A DNA stretch of 64,000 nucleotides from the NCBI GenBank assembly GCA_010405405.1, contig MU004230.1, forward strand, positions 3,893,119 to 3,957,118, written 5' to 3'. The notes beneath the pieces are model-generated. The model saw only the letters and a program-made list of their open reading frames with translations, ran no database searches and was not told where the DNA came from. How positions within the stretch are numbered: position 1 is the stretch's first letter; every line of letters starts with the position of its first letter. The position numbers and the translations under genes are program-made. Below, piece after piece: positions 1 to 13,692 of the stretch. The stretch is from Microthyrium microscopicum (lineage: Eukaryota).

Positions 1-2229
1 TTAATAGCGACTAATTCCTATAGAATATTATAAATATAGCAAAGCATAATAAAATAATAATTACTATTTACTACGCTAAGACTAACTACTAGCTCTTCTT
101 ACTCTTTAGTACTCTAAAATAAAAATAAATTAAGCTTAGAAACTACGTAGTAGCTACTAATAAGATAATTTTCTACTATAACTAGATCTTTATTCTTTAA
201 GATAAGCTTTAGCGTTATACTATATAGAGCGCGTATAGTTATAAAGCTATAGGCTATAGCAGAGTAGTAATAACTTATTATTATCTATAAGAAGATTACT
301 AGTAGCCTAAGATATTATAGGATATTAAAAGCTTTATTAAAGGCTATAAATGCGTATTTACTAAACCTATTTGCTAAAAGAAGTAAGGTTTTCTACGTTA
401 ATTTCCTCTCCCTAAGTATACATAGTTAAATATCTCTATTAACTTCACTATCTTACTACCTCACTATTTATACTAAGGTATAATCTACTAATATATTATA
501 GTAGTTATTAACTAATATATATAGACTTAGCGTTTTATTCCACTATTAGACCTATTTATAGACTTAATAATACTAGCCTTTATTAACTACGTATAGAAGC
601 TTATTAACTAGCTATTAATAATTCTTTTAGATTATAGTAGCTAATTTACCTCTATATTTTAGAAGCGCTTATGTAAACGTATAAGCACTATACTTTGTCT
701 TAGTATAGCCTTTTACCCTAAGACTAATAGTATAATAAAAATCTTAGTTACTATACTTAAGTAATTCCTACACGCGTTTATTAACTAGAATTAAAATAAC
801 TAGGTAGCCCTTCTACTCTTTACTAAATTCGTAGTTAATTCTACTATAAATGCTACTATAAGAGTTATACCTTTTAAAGCTTAAAATAGATTTAACCCTT
901 AATTAGGTCTTAAGTCCTTACATTACTTCTTAAAACCTATAAATACCTCTATAGCTACTAATAAGGAAGCTATTAATGTAGATATAATATAGATAAGTCG
1001 CGCTAAGATATATAATTACCTAATAGAGTAATTAATATAAGCATAAGCTTAGTAGGCAGAATATGCTAACTACTATTACTACGTAGCCTTAGACCTAATA
1101 CTAGGCAACTAGATTTACTTAAATATATAGAACTACTCTACTTTACGTCCTTTAAAGACTCTAGACAATAAGAATATAAGCCCTTTTTATATAATTAAGA
1201 AAATTAATACTATTACTTATAAACTTAATTTCCTCTCTTCTATAAAGATATATAATATCTTCTACGCCTAGGTCCTTTACTATATTATAGATAACGCTAA
1301 GCTACTTAAGTACGCTAATCTACTACTAGCGATTATTAAAGAAACTATAAATAATAATAAATAGTCTATTAATACTATTATTAATAGCTACTTCACTAGT
1401 TAATATAAGAAGCTATAATATAAGATTAAGTATACTAGTTATAATAAAGCTAAATAGTATAATTAAATAGCTGCTAAGAACGTACTAGAGCTTATTGCTA
1501 AGTTTTATACTTAATACCTTAGTAAGCTAAGTCTATACCCTACCTAGATATTACTAATACTAGAGCCTACTAGTAATAATATTAATTATAACTTTAATAG
1601 CGTTCCTACTAATTAGGAAAAGTAAATAATTATACTACTAATTTTCTTATATTAATAAGATTACTAACTACTAGACTACTAGAACTTAAGAACTAGAGTA
1701 TTCTAAGAATATCTTAGGGTTTATTAATGCTTCTTAATAGTTGCCTTAGTAGGCTAGAGGTTAAGATACTCTAAATAGCTAGTATAGTTAGTATTGTACT
1801 ATAGAAGAATTAAAATACTACTTATTACTAAAAGTTTATTAGACTAGACTAGACTAGACTAGACTAGACTAGACTAGACTAGATTAAAATAGAAGAAACT
1901 AAGAAAGTAGTTATAATTAGTAATCTATAGCCTAGAGAGCTATACTAAAGAGGAAGATTATATAATAATTCCTCTTTATAAGCTTTATAGCAATATTATA
2001 AAAGAGATCTTATTATAAGATTACGCGTTAGACCTAAGGGGGTTAGCACACCTAAGGATCTACTAAGTAGACTTACTTCCCTCGCAGATCTATAGCTCTT
2101 CTAAATCTTCTTCTCTCTCTCTCCCATTCATAGATTCTAGAATATAATCTAATTATCTGCTTGCTTAAGTTCCGTAGCTCGTTATATATATAATTCGTAA
2201 ATATATAAGTAAGTCCGCCTAGTATTATA
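1..2229 (+). mobile_element. RIP-inactivated Ty3/gypsy (chromovirus-type) LTR retrotransposon, 3' part: integrase, chromodomain and probable 3' LTR
   Basis: Reversing C>T/G>A changes recovers integrase motifs in order: HHCC zinc finger (~230-355), W-S-D-I-S-V-D-F (~423-447), LS(T)AF(H)P(E)T(D)(G) at 699-731, 'WVALLPFAEFAVN' (~800-840), GPF (~1179-1187) and chromodomain-like 'W.V..IVDS...LQYKIKY.GY' (~1361-1445). A polypurine tract AAAGAGGAAGA at 1947-1957 precedes a probable LTR at ~1961-2229 (LTR limits approximate). Confidence 0.85.
1840..1883 (+). repeat. (TAGAC)n pentanucleotide microsatellite, ~8-9 units
   Basis: Directly visible tandem AGACT units. Confidence 0.95.
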
Positions 2230-5200
2230 AACATTAAGCAGGCTACTATTATAGTAAAAGCGTAGAATAAAAGAATTATAAACTATTAATAATTAGACTA
2301 GTAGAAAAGCTAAGAAGGACTAGTTCTACTATACTAAAGTTACTCTTCGTAATTATCTTAGTTAAGCTATAGAGCCTCTAATGTTAGTTAGTAATAAATA
2401 GATACTATTAAGCAGAACTATCTAGTAAACTATAGAGCTTAGTAATACGTACGTAAATAGGCTTTATTTACTACTAATCTTACTAGTTTTAATATATATT
2501 ATTAAGATTTGTAGAACTTAAAGCTTTAATCTAAAGTCATATTAGCAATATAAGGTTAGGCTATATTATAACTAATTATATATTATTAACTTATTAAAGA
2601 AACTAAGGTATATTAATAGATTTATTACTAAAATATTTTTAATATTAACTTAGTATAGTAATAGCTAAATTAACTATATTATGCGAAGTAGAAGGTTTAC
2701 TTACCCTATAAAGCTAATATTAGTTATTTAATATATTAGTAGTATTAATAGTTATCTACTATAGAATTAGTACTTATATAGTTAATAGAAAAAGAAAGTC
2801 TTTTACCTTAGTTATAGAAAGGTAGAATTTAGGAATAAGACACTAGGAATACTAATAGAGTACTTAAATACTTAGGAATATACCCTAAAAGCTTTTTATT
2901 TAAAACTAGTATAGGTTATCCGTTAATTCTTACTAATAAGCTTAGAAGAACTATAATAAAGTAAGTAAGCTACTACTAACTATTAAATACTAAACTTAAA
3001 GCTAAGCAAAAATAATTACCTATTACTCTTTTAGCTTAGTCTAATTAGAGATTAGCTAACCTACTATTAAGCTTATTAAGGATCTATATAGTAATCTACC
3101 TAATTACTTTATACTTACTTAAGTTTATAATATAAGCTACCTTGCTTACTAGTAATATAATTAAATCCTACTTATACTCTACTAGCTTACTTACTTAGTA
3201 TTATCTATAAGTAAAGTTATAAGTCGCTCTTTTATCTACTATAAAAAGTCTTAATAATTAGCTTAGTAAAGCTAGTAACTATAGGTTTATTATAATTAAT
3301 GCTTAGTAATATTACTTAATATTTTTAATACTATAGTTACTAGTCTCTTAGTCTCTATGTAGCTAACGCTAGGAGTAAAGCTTTTATTAATAACGTATTT
3401 TACTAGTCTTTTCGTAGCTTTTTATTAATAATAGTTAACACCTTATAGTATATAATTTTATATATAGGAACTTTAACTAACTTTAAGCAATTTTAAGAAA
3501 GTAAGTATAAGTTAGAAAACTAAAAAGGTAATAAGGTTTAAGGGAATTATTTATAATTTTAACTATTATACTATAAATTTCTCCTACTCCTAAACTACTT
3601 TATACTCTTATCCTATTAGTTTTTACTCTAGTTTTTAAAAGATTACTATGTATTTCCTAATATATAAAACTTAAATAAGCTATATCTTACTACTAGCCTT
3701 ATACTTAGTTATTAGTCTTTATTACTCTTAAGTATATCTTACTAATAATTAAGAATATAAAGTCCTCTTATATAAGTATTATTTTATTATATTACTAGTA
3801 AAAGTTATTATTATTTAAGTAAGTTAAATAGTATAAGTACTATAAGTATAATCTTAGCTATAATAACTATATAGCAATTTAAGTTATAATTATAGACTTA
3901 AGAACTTTTAGTAAGTAAAGTCTAAATAATTATTATTATTAATAAGATATTATATAATCGTTAGGTTTCTAAAGTCTAAAGACTATCTACTCTATTTATA
4001 GATTTTACTTAAGAGCTAGCGTTTTTTTTTATAGAAATACTAGTAGCCTCTTTAGTAGAAGGAGTAATTGCTATAGTCTTCCTTAGTATTCTTAATCTCT
4101 TGTATATTAAGTTAAAAGTTAGCATTAAAGATAGTCTATAACTAAGTTCTAAGATTAGCTATAGTTCTTTACTAAAACTAATAAGTATATACTAATAGCT
4201 TACTTTTACTAATCTTTAGTTAGTTAAAAGTATTAAACGATATAAAGAGATAGCTAGTTTTAATTTATATTATATATATCTATTTATAGAATAGAGTAGG
4301 AATATAAAGCTATAGCTTAGCTTAGTTAAAAAAGAAATTAAATAGCTTTATTCTTACTATACTAATATTAGTATAAAGCTTTATTATAAATTTATATAAC
4401 TTACCTCCTTCTTAAGATATCTTTCTAAAGTCTATTGTAATCTCTATTTCTTCTTTATCTTTAGAAATTAACTAAAAATACTAAAGTTCTAGTTAAAGAA
4501 CCTTTTTAACTTATAGTAGATACTAAAATATAATTATATAAATTAAGGATATTATAAGTTGCTATTTAGCACCACCCTATATTCTTTCTAACTAAATTAT
4601 ACTTAGATTAGCCTTTAACTAAGTAGTTAGAGTTATTTCTATGTTTTTTTAGAATAGTTAAAAAAGAATACTTAACGTAATAACTTAGGTTAACTATAAA
4701 TTTTTACCTTATTAAGCCTATATTACTTAGTTAGTCTAGGTATATTAATATAATATTAGGACATTACTTTTCTCTACTAAAGACTTTTTATATATTAAGA
4801 TACTTTATTAAAATATACTAAATTTTTAATCTATTTACTAACTACCTTAAGATAATAAGGGCTATTTCCCTAGTCTTATAGGTGTATATATAAGTATAAT
4901 ATTATAACTTGCATTTTTTAAGTATAATTATAACTTAAGCCTCTAATCTACTATAAGTATATAGTATCTAGTCCTTTATTATTAGCTTTATAGGCTTTTA
5001 TAATCTAAGTAATGATTAAATTTAGAGTGTTCTTCTATAGCTTATTAATAGTGTAGGTTATATTAGGAAAGAATTCTTATAGGAATTTACTATATTTTTA
5101 AATTTATCTTTAGATATTAGTAACGATACTATAGTATTTAGCTATATTTACCCTTTATAACTAGCTAGAGTCAATTTTGCTTATATATTTTATATATATA

Positions 5201-7910
5201 ATTCTACTATATTAAGACTTTTAAGTAACTATTAAGAAGGCTATAGAATAACTATTATTAATATATTTAAATTTATATTAAAATAAGCTAAAGTAGTAAT
5301 TTAACAATTTTCTACAAGTTCGTTAATAAGTTCTTCTTTAAGCTCGTTATTAGCTAGAGTAGTATTAATATTACTAACGTTTCTTATAGTTTTAGGAGTT
5401 AAAATGGAGTGTAGCTCCTAAAATCTATAGTTATAGAAAAGTAATAATAGTTATAGGTAGTAAAATTAATAGGTAGCCTCTTTGTATAGACCTAACTAGC
5501 TAGTTAGGCTAATTATACTTAATAGGCGTAATGACTCGCTATATTATTAATAATATTTACTTATAATCTAAGTTAATATAGCTCTAAAAAAAGCTTAACG
5601 AGTAAAGTAAAAGTTATCTTAAGTCTCTAGTCTATAAGATACTCTTTTACTAGTAATATTACTATATTAGTCTTAAGATAACTAATATATTATACTACTT
5701 TATAACGCTACTAAAGAATTTATTTAATTATCGCATTATATAATATAAGAGATAGTAAACTATAATTAAATATAGATATTATTTAGCTTACTACTTTAAC
5801 TAAGACTAATAGTATTCTCTATAGGCTAAGTAAGAGGATTAAAGTTAAATATTTAGACCTACCTAACGCTAATATACTTTAAATTGCTTTATAGCATATA
5901 GAGAAGTTTTAGTACTATTATTAGCTACTACTACTAGGAGTTAATAATATTAGAGAGTAGTAGTCTACTAAAGTTATTAAGGATATAAAAAGAACTTTAT
6001 AGTTAGACTAACTTTAATATTGCCCTAACATTACCCTAAGTACTTATATTTAGATCTACTAATATAATTATTATAAAATTAATATAAATATTAGGTATAT
6101 ACCCTCTCTAAATATAGACTTATTACTATTAATTTAACGTTAAATCTAAGCTATAGTACAATTATCTATAGCTTATAGCTTAACTAAGAATCTATACGCT
6201 ACTCTTAAAAATATACCTAGTCTTAATTTTAATTTATAAGAATAATTATTAGTATTATTAGCTATATTAATATACTTAGCTACTTTAAAGTACTTAAGAT
6301 CTAGTAGAGTAAACCTAATTATAATTATTAGATAAACTATATCTTATAATATTACTAATATCTATTAGCTAGTTAATAAAGTAAGCTTTACTAACAATAT
6401 ATTACGTCTTTTCTAAGAATAGGAGGTTTTAGATAGGATAAAAGTTAGAAATATAGCTATTCTTATTAAGTAATAGGATAAGCTTTATAAAGAAATATAA
6501 TTAAAGTCTTAGTCTATACTTAAAAAGCTCTTTTCTAAGTTTATAGTTAGTAATTACTAGTAAATATTCTATTTATTAGCTAATATTATATTTAAACCTA
6601 GCTTATTATAGAAGCATTCTAGATATACTTATCTAAAGAGTTATTCTAAGCATTATTTAGTAAAGAAACCTTAACTATAGGAGAAATGAAGTAATTAAAC
6701 TAGACTAAATGCTTAAAGAAAGCTTAGCTTAAATAACAATTAGTAGATAAAAAGACTATAGAAAAAGCTAAAGAGGTATATAGTTTAGAATTTAATAAGG
6801 TCTTTACTTATCATTAAGGTAATATTTAGATAGTTCTATAAGATTATACTAAAATTATAAAGAGATTCTAAGAGTTAAATCTATTAGTGTTAAATTATTT
6901 ATAAAATATAAGCTAAATACTAGGTCTTTCTATTATATATTTAGTAGTACTATAAAGATATATAGTTTATAGATATATATAAAGAAAAGTAAAAATATAC
7001 TTTAATACTAGTAAATATATATAATAACTTAATAATAACTAATCTTTTATACTAGCTTTTAATATTAAACTAATATTTATAGCAAACTTTATATAGAGCT
7101 AGTATTCTAAAAGCTAACTTAGTATTAAAGTAATATACTATATAACGTCTTTATTAAATTAACTTACTATAAACTTTTAACCTATAATAGTTTACTAACT
7201 AAATTAATACGCTTTAATTATATAAAACTAATATTTACTTAGACTTTGTTTAGGCTAAGGAATAAACTAATATCTTATACTTACTTACTCTTAACTTATT
7301 ATTCTTAATATTAATAATTACTAGGCAAACTAATACTAAGACTTATTAAAAAAAAATTAGTATCTATAGTACTATTAGTAATATTATATAGTACTATATT
7401 ATAATATAAGAGTAATAGTTACTAAAACGTTACTTTCCTTAATAGAAACTACTTTAATTGCTAGTACTATACTAAATTAGTCTAAAGGGAAATCTACTAA
7501 TTTTTAGAGAATTATAGTATTTAGTCTTAGAATGCTTTTACTTTAGGTAAGACCTAAAATAACTAGTAGGGCTAATATTTAAAACATAATCTACCTATTT
7601 TATTTTAGCTCTACTTAAATATATATAAAAATAAGTATATTTAGCTTTATCCTAGGCCTAAGTAAGCTAGTAGTCTAACTTAACTAGTAAGTATAAGGTA
7701 TATAGTATAGATATATAGTTTAACTAAGACTCTTTACCTCTATTCTCTAAGAATATAATATGCTAACTAGTAATTTATAAGTTAGACTAGGGCTATTAAA
7801 CTATTCTTAATCTAGTATATAGTAATCCTTATAAGAAACCTAATACGTATTAATAATAGCGTGTACGTACTCTTCGTGAAAGGGGGAAGTATTACTTTGG
7901 ACCTCAGAAT

Positions 7911-9388
7911 TCATACTTCCGAGCCGAGAAGCTCTAAAGTTACGGCCGAGGTGCATAACAAGTGTTTGTTTCTTTTGCCTCCTAGGAGTAAAGATGTACA
8001 GGTAGAGTAACTTACAGTAACAATTGGCGATCCACCCGTCGCCGTCTTATGTTTGCTATGTTTAAGGATATATTCTCTTGTAAACGTCCAATGTCTCCAG
8101 CGGAAATCACGTACTTGATCCAGCGCTTGTAAATACCATTTCGCGCTATTCGCGTCTTGTAGCGCAAAGGTCTTGGTGCCTACTTCTTGAGCGCGGTAGT
8201 GGATCCATTCGAGGAATTCGCGGTGGTTGCCTGGGCGGTAGGAGCGGAAGTCTTGAAGGATTTCTGTTAGGGGTGTGTTGGGCATGGTGATTTCGAGTAG
8301 ATTGTCACATAGTGGGATCTGAAGGGAGAGTTTGTTAGTGAGGGATCTGGGGAGGAGGGACGGGGTGGCTGTACGATGGAGTCGTTGGCTCCGCTTTCAC
8401 CGCGGAAGAATTGTGGTTCTGGGCTGACGCCTTCGTATATTACGCCGTTGGGGAACATGCTTTGTTTGGCGATGCCGAAGATGAAAGTGCGGAAGGAGTT
8501 GTAGTCGCCTGGTTTGCTTTTATTCCACATCACTAAGCCATTGTCAGTGAACCATGTCTCTTTTATGCGGATACCTACCGGCGTGTACTCACAGTTCATG
8601 GTTTTGTTGATTTTGGTCATTGCACTGACGACTTTTGCTAGTCCAGCATTGAAGTTATCGCGATTACCATCAGCACAGGACTGGATAACCTGAAGTGACC
8701 CGTCGACAAGCTCGCCAGAGTGTCTGACCATGGCAACATGAACGAGCACAAAGCCCGCTTCAGAAGACGACGGATCAAGACCATGTTCAAAGGCACGAAT
8801 AAGTCTAGTGTTATCGTACTCCAGACCCAACTTCTCATCTTCCAGGCGATAGTTGTACAGGGCATATGAGCCCGCATACTCCATCCATGGTTTGAACCCA
8901 GCACTATCACTATAAGTACAAAGCCGCAATGTTACGAAGCAGACTTACATCTTTGATACAGTGTTCAATGGAACAGCAATGTTCTTCGGCAATCGATCTC
9001 TCGCCAATCCATATTCCTCGCCCTTGACATGCCGCTCATGACATGGCTCTAGCAGATATGCCGATGCCAGGAAAGAGTAATCACGGTACAAGGCAGTGAT
9101 CAACACCATGTCATACGCATGTTTCAAGATGACATCCGTCAAGTCAGGCAAGTCAGCTAGTACCGCGTCGCCAAATTTGCCGTTGGCCAACAGACCTGGC
9201 TCACCATCGAGTTTCTTGATCGGCATTCTTTGTAGGAGATTCTCAAGAGCAGAGAAGGCATCTGGTAGCTTGGTGATAGGATCCCCTCGTGGAAGAAAGC
9301 CTCGAGTAGTCGACACTATGAACGGCGACATTGATATATCGTCCGGCCTGATATCGTGCAAAAGAGGGAAGGTAGATGGTAACGACAT
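7911..9388 (-). CDS. Indoleamine 2,3-dioxygenase family protein; apparently 3'-truncated (possible pseudogene)
   Basis: Exons 9388-8949, 8903-8593, 8532-8375, 8318-8016. Motifs RGFLP, YRDYSFLASAYLLEP, SEAGFVLVH, FRTFIFG, GESGANDS, FRWRHW (heme His) and TGGSPIVT are present. A GTAAGT donor follows at 8015 but no exon encoding the expected WLPNQL tail; unspliced read-through stops at 7911. Confidence 0.9.
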
Positions 9389-9500
9389 GTTGTGATTTTG
9401 ATACAAAGATCTCCCAAGTAAGTGTCAATCGTTCGTGGTATATGTCAGAATGGACCTTGAGGTTTTCGGTTTTGGTGTGAGTTTGTGTGCGATTTCGATC

Positions 9501-9571
9501 GTATATATACACCAAAGGCCGGAAGCAATCCGGCCTCATCAACCCACTTTGGCCGGAATGTATACCGGCCA
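9501..9571 (-). promoter_or_regulatory. IDO promoter: TATA element plus two CGG/CCG inverted repeats
   Basis: TATATATA at 9502-9509, ~115 bp upstream of the ATG. AGGCCGGA-N5-TCCGGCCT at 9516-9536 and TGGCCGG-N8-CCGGCCA at 9550-9571. Confidence 0.45.
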
Positions 9572-10323
9572 GTACCAGATATCAGAGATTGCAATAACGT
9601 AATTTGTGTCTTCAGCTGATACTCCGATGCAGTTTTCCCTCGAGGTTTTCGGTGCATTGTATGGATCTTGCAGCTCATACAGAGTCCTCGCGAGGTTCTT
9701 ATATCGACGAAATTTTTTCCTTATTGGGAATGATAGCCACTGGGACTGCAGGGTCCTAATCAGAATGATTGTGTTAAGTTTCTTATCATAGCTTATCCGC
9801 AAGATCTCCAGCTAGCTTCATATGCCATCAAATACCGAAAATTGGAGTGAAGTCAGAAGAGGCGCTAGCCGCAGCATGGTCGTGATAAGAGCTTGGTGGT
9901 GAGAAACACCACATATGTCTACCACCGACTACTAAACAATCTCCCAGTAAGGAGCTGGCTAGAAACCAGAGCCACTTTAACTTTCAAAGCATTTTCATTC
10001 CAGTATTGATCACAAGATCAAAACATTGACATTTGTCTCTCAACGTGGTAGCAATAACATCACAGCTTCGGCTGGCGTCGGATCGCACTATCAATCAAGG
10101 AGTCAACCAGAACCACTCAATGGCTCTTCAATCGTACTAGCTCGTTCCTCGAAGAGCTTCATTGGAGCACATAATGATCTTTCTGTCATAACAACTAGGG
10201 TAGAAAGAAAAAGGGAACAAATGGGATGGAGTAGAACATCCAGCTCGAAGCCCGGATAGTAGAGTTTTGGTATAATTTTTATATTCATACAGGTTTAAAC
10301 CAAGAAGTAGCCATCTAATGGAC

Positions 10324-13300
10324 TCAATCAAGCTTGAGTTTTGCCAAATGTGCAGTTGCATTGGCAACTGCTTCATCGATCTTGTCAGCGTGGACACCAG
10401 AGCCGGTAACACTGGCCCCTTTGCCTCCAGCCTTTCCACCAACTGCTTTGGTGACCTCTTCGGCCCATTCGTTCGCAGCGAGTCCCTTGCCTTGATGTTC
10501 CTGTGAAGTATATGAGTGGATGTAAGTTAGAAACGTGGGTAGAATTCTTACCGTAGACACAAAGCATGAGTGAGAAACCTTGCCGCTTGCACCATCCACA
10601 GCGATGATATAGACACTCTTATCCTTTTGCTTCGTGGAAACATGCTTGATGACCTCCGTGATGGCCTTTGAGCTGCTCTTGTCTGGAACCTTGGCGACGA
10701 ATGTTGAGCTATCCTTGTTCTTCTCAAAGTGAGACTTGATCAAGCCAAGCACCTTATCGGTTTCGGCTTTCTGTGCGGTTTTTTGTTCAGTGACGAGGTC
10801 CTTGGTCACCTTTTCGAAGCGCTTTAGATACGCTTTCTTTGTCAACGTGCTGATGGACAAGTTTTTGAGTTCCACTGAGATTTCCTTGGCAGATTGTTCT
10901 TTTTCTGGCGAAAACGACATGCGCTCCAACCGTGCCAGCTTTTCCTCTTCGAATGTGGTCGCGCGGGTCCGCACAGCAACTGCATCCTGACCGGTGACCG
11001 CAACTATACGGCGAATTCCTTTTGCGATGCCAGATTCTTCAAGAACAACGAGGTCCTTGATTTCACCAGTACGTTCGACGTGTGTGCCACCGCAGAACTC
11101 GATACTGTACTTCTCCCAGTCTTTGCTCTTTACGTCACGTAGTAGGAGCTCAACTGGCTGACCAATGCTGACCACTCGGACAGGGTCTGGGTAGGTTTCA
11201 CCAAAAACGGCGCGAACTCCTTGAATGTTCTTGGCGGTAGGTAGGTCGACTTCTTGCGAGTAGACCAGGCTGTCGTCGTTGATATATTTTTGTGATATCT
11301 TTTCGATCTTGGTGAGTTCATCGTCAGATATACCGGCTTTGTGTGAGAAATCGAAACGTAGCTTTTCAGGCGCAACTAGAGAGCCTTTCTGGTCGACATC
11401 TGTGCCTAGCACTTCTCGAAGCGCAAAGTTGAGAACGTGGGTGCCAGTGTGATTCATTCGGATGGGCTGCCGTCTCAGCTCGTCAAACTCTGTGAGGACG
11501 GTATCGCCGACTGAAAAAGTGCCATACTTCATATAGCCTGTATGTAGAATATAACCGCCATAGCTCTGAACATTTTGAATGGCGACTTCAGCAACACCAT
11601 CAATTACCAAGCGGCCGGTATCAAACTCTTGACCACCCTGCTCGGCATAGAAGTTTGTCTTGTCCAATATGATTCCAAATTGTTCACCTTCTGGCACTTC
11701 TGACGTGCTCTTGTAGAACTTTTTGCCATGATATATTGCCTTGATCGTGGAATCAATAACGCCCTTTTTGAATTTCGCGTCATCATTGGTTTTGCTGACA
11801 CCATCCATCTTCTCAACAGCAGCAATGTCATGTACATCGAGCTTGACAAGGCCTGCAGCACCTTTCTTCTCCACCTTGCTTGCTTCTCGAGCCTTTTCTT
11901 GAGCAGCGGAGACCTCATCATCGTTGATATTAAGGCCTTTTTCTTCAGCCATGAGTTTGGTGAGATCGACTGGGAATCCGTAGGTATCATATAGACGCCA
12001 CACGTCCGCACCAGGCAAGTCTTTGGTGCCTTTGCTTTTGCAATTTTGCGCATACTTGTTGAACATTACCTCGCCTCGATCAAGAGTCAATGCAAAAGCC
12101 TGCTCCTCTTCGTCAAGAATCTCTCTCACGTTGTTCATTTTCTTCTTGATTTCTGGGAACATTTCACCCATTTGATCAACCAATGTCGGGACGATTTTCG
12201 AGAAGAATGAGCCTATTTCGGCATTGAGGTATTTCCGGGCGTACCGCGCACCTCTTCGAAGCACTCTTCGCACAACGTAGCCACGGCCAAGATTGTTGGG
12301 TACTCCACCATCTGAAATGGCAAAAGTGACTAGTCGGACGTGGTCAGCAACGACTCGGTATGCGGTGTCCACGCCATCGGTATCTTCAGCACCAAATTTG
12401 CCTTCGTATGATCGAGCTCCAGTGACCTCACGAATGATCTCAAAGAGGGGGCTGAATACGTCCGTGTCGTAATTGGATGACTTGTCCTGGAGAATGGAAA
12501 CCAATCGTTCGAAGCCCATACCAGTGTCGATGTGCTTGCTTGGTAGTGATTTCAGCGACTTGTCTGCTTCTCTGTTGTATTGTATGAAAACATTGTTCCA
12601 GATCTCAAGGACGTTGGGATCATCTTGATTGACTAGATGCGCAGCATTTCGTCCTCCTATTCTATCATAGTGAACCTCTGAACATGGACCACAAGGACCT
12701 TGGTCGCCCATCTCCCAGAAATTGTCTTTCATGTTGCCGGGAAGTATATGATCGTCCGGGACGCCGACCTTCCGCCATAGCTCTTGCGCTTCAGTGTCAG
12801 GGTCGAGGCCACCAGCCTTGTCTCCTTCGAAATAGGTGACATATAGTCTATCCGGATCAAGACCATAGACTTTTGTCAGCAGCTCCCACGAGTAGTTTAT
12901 CGTCTCTTCCTTGAAGTAGTCGCCAAAGGACCAGTTTCCCAACATTTCAAAGAAGGTGTGATGGTAGCTGTCCTTGCCCACATCGTCGAGATCATTGTGC
13001 TTTCCGCCGGCGCGAATGCACTTTTGTGAATTGACGGCACGCTTTAGCTGGGCAAAATCGGAGTGAGGTTCTACGGTTCCAAGGAAGATGGACTTGTATT
13101 GGTTCATGCCCGCATTGGCAAAGAGTAATGTTGGATCAGCGAGGGGTACGACGGAGGACGATGGCACTACAGAGTGTTAGCAGGAGATCTACATCCAGTA
13201 TTGATAGATTCTGTATACTTACCAAATTTGTGGCCACGATGCTTGAAATATTCCAGAAATGTCTCGCGCACTTTGACAGCGGGCCATTGTTCCTCTTTGG

Positions 13301-13586
13301 AAGCCATATTGGCGGGCGCAGAGTGCAAACAGGCGCGCTGTAGAAAAGTTTGTCGAACAGGCACAAAGGGTCTGTATAGCTGAAATAGTGAGCGAGTCAA
13401 TTGCCTAGAAGACGCCGTGGTGGAGTAATTGTAATGGTATCGAGGGAAGATTCTGGAAATTCGGCCTCGGTTGGTGGTGGTGAAGGTATAAAGGCAGCTT
13501 TGGTAGGCACGACCTTGAAGAACATGACTCACTGCAGCTTCAGCTCTTGATTGCAGCGACAATGCAGGATTGACCCTTTGAGCCAT
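10324..13586 (-). CDS. ALA1: Alanyl-tRNA synthetase (cytosolic start 13307; long putative mitochondrial isoform from 13586)
   Basis: Motifs [55 protein letters not shown] and [10 protein letters not shown]. Introns 13222-13167 and 10551-10501. Confidence 0.97.
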
Positions 13587-13692
13587 GGATACCGTCGGAT
13601 CATCCCAACTTCATCTGTTCCCCATTAACAACATCTTCGCCAGCGCTGGTAGTAATATTGCTACGAAGCGCAAAGATGATGAATATTTTGCA

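Larger units (their letters stand above)
1..7860. repeat. AT-rich, RIP-degenerated repeat block
   Basis: Very low GC, TpA saturated, CpA/TpG nearly absent, no ORF in the track, and a sharp switch to balanced composition at ~7860. This is the classic RIP signature. Confidence 0.95.

Noticed and set aside
1840..1883. Telomeric or CRISPR-like repeat
   Set aside because: The unit is TAGAC rather than TTAGGG, there are no spacers, and the context is eukaryotic.
7975..7995. TTAC near the IDO breakpoint as a Starship insertion site
   Set aside because: A 4-mer is uninformative, the other boundary is outside the window, and no DUF3435 relic was recognised.
9445..9802. Short minus-strand ORFs upstream of IDO
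   Set aside because: No splice model gave a coherent protein; they overlap the apparent IDO promoter.
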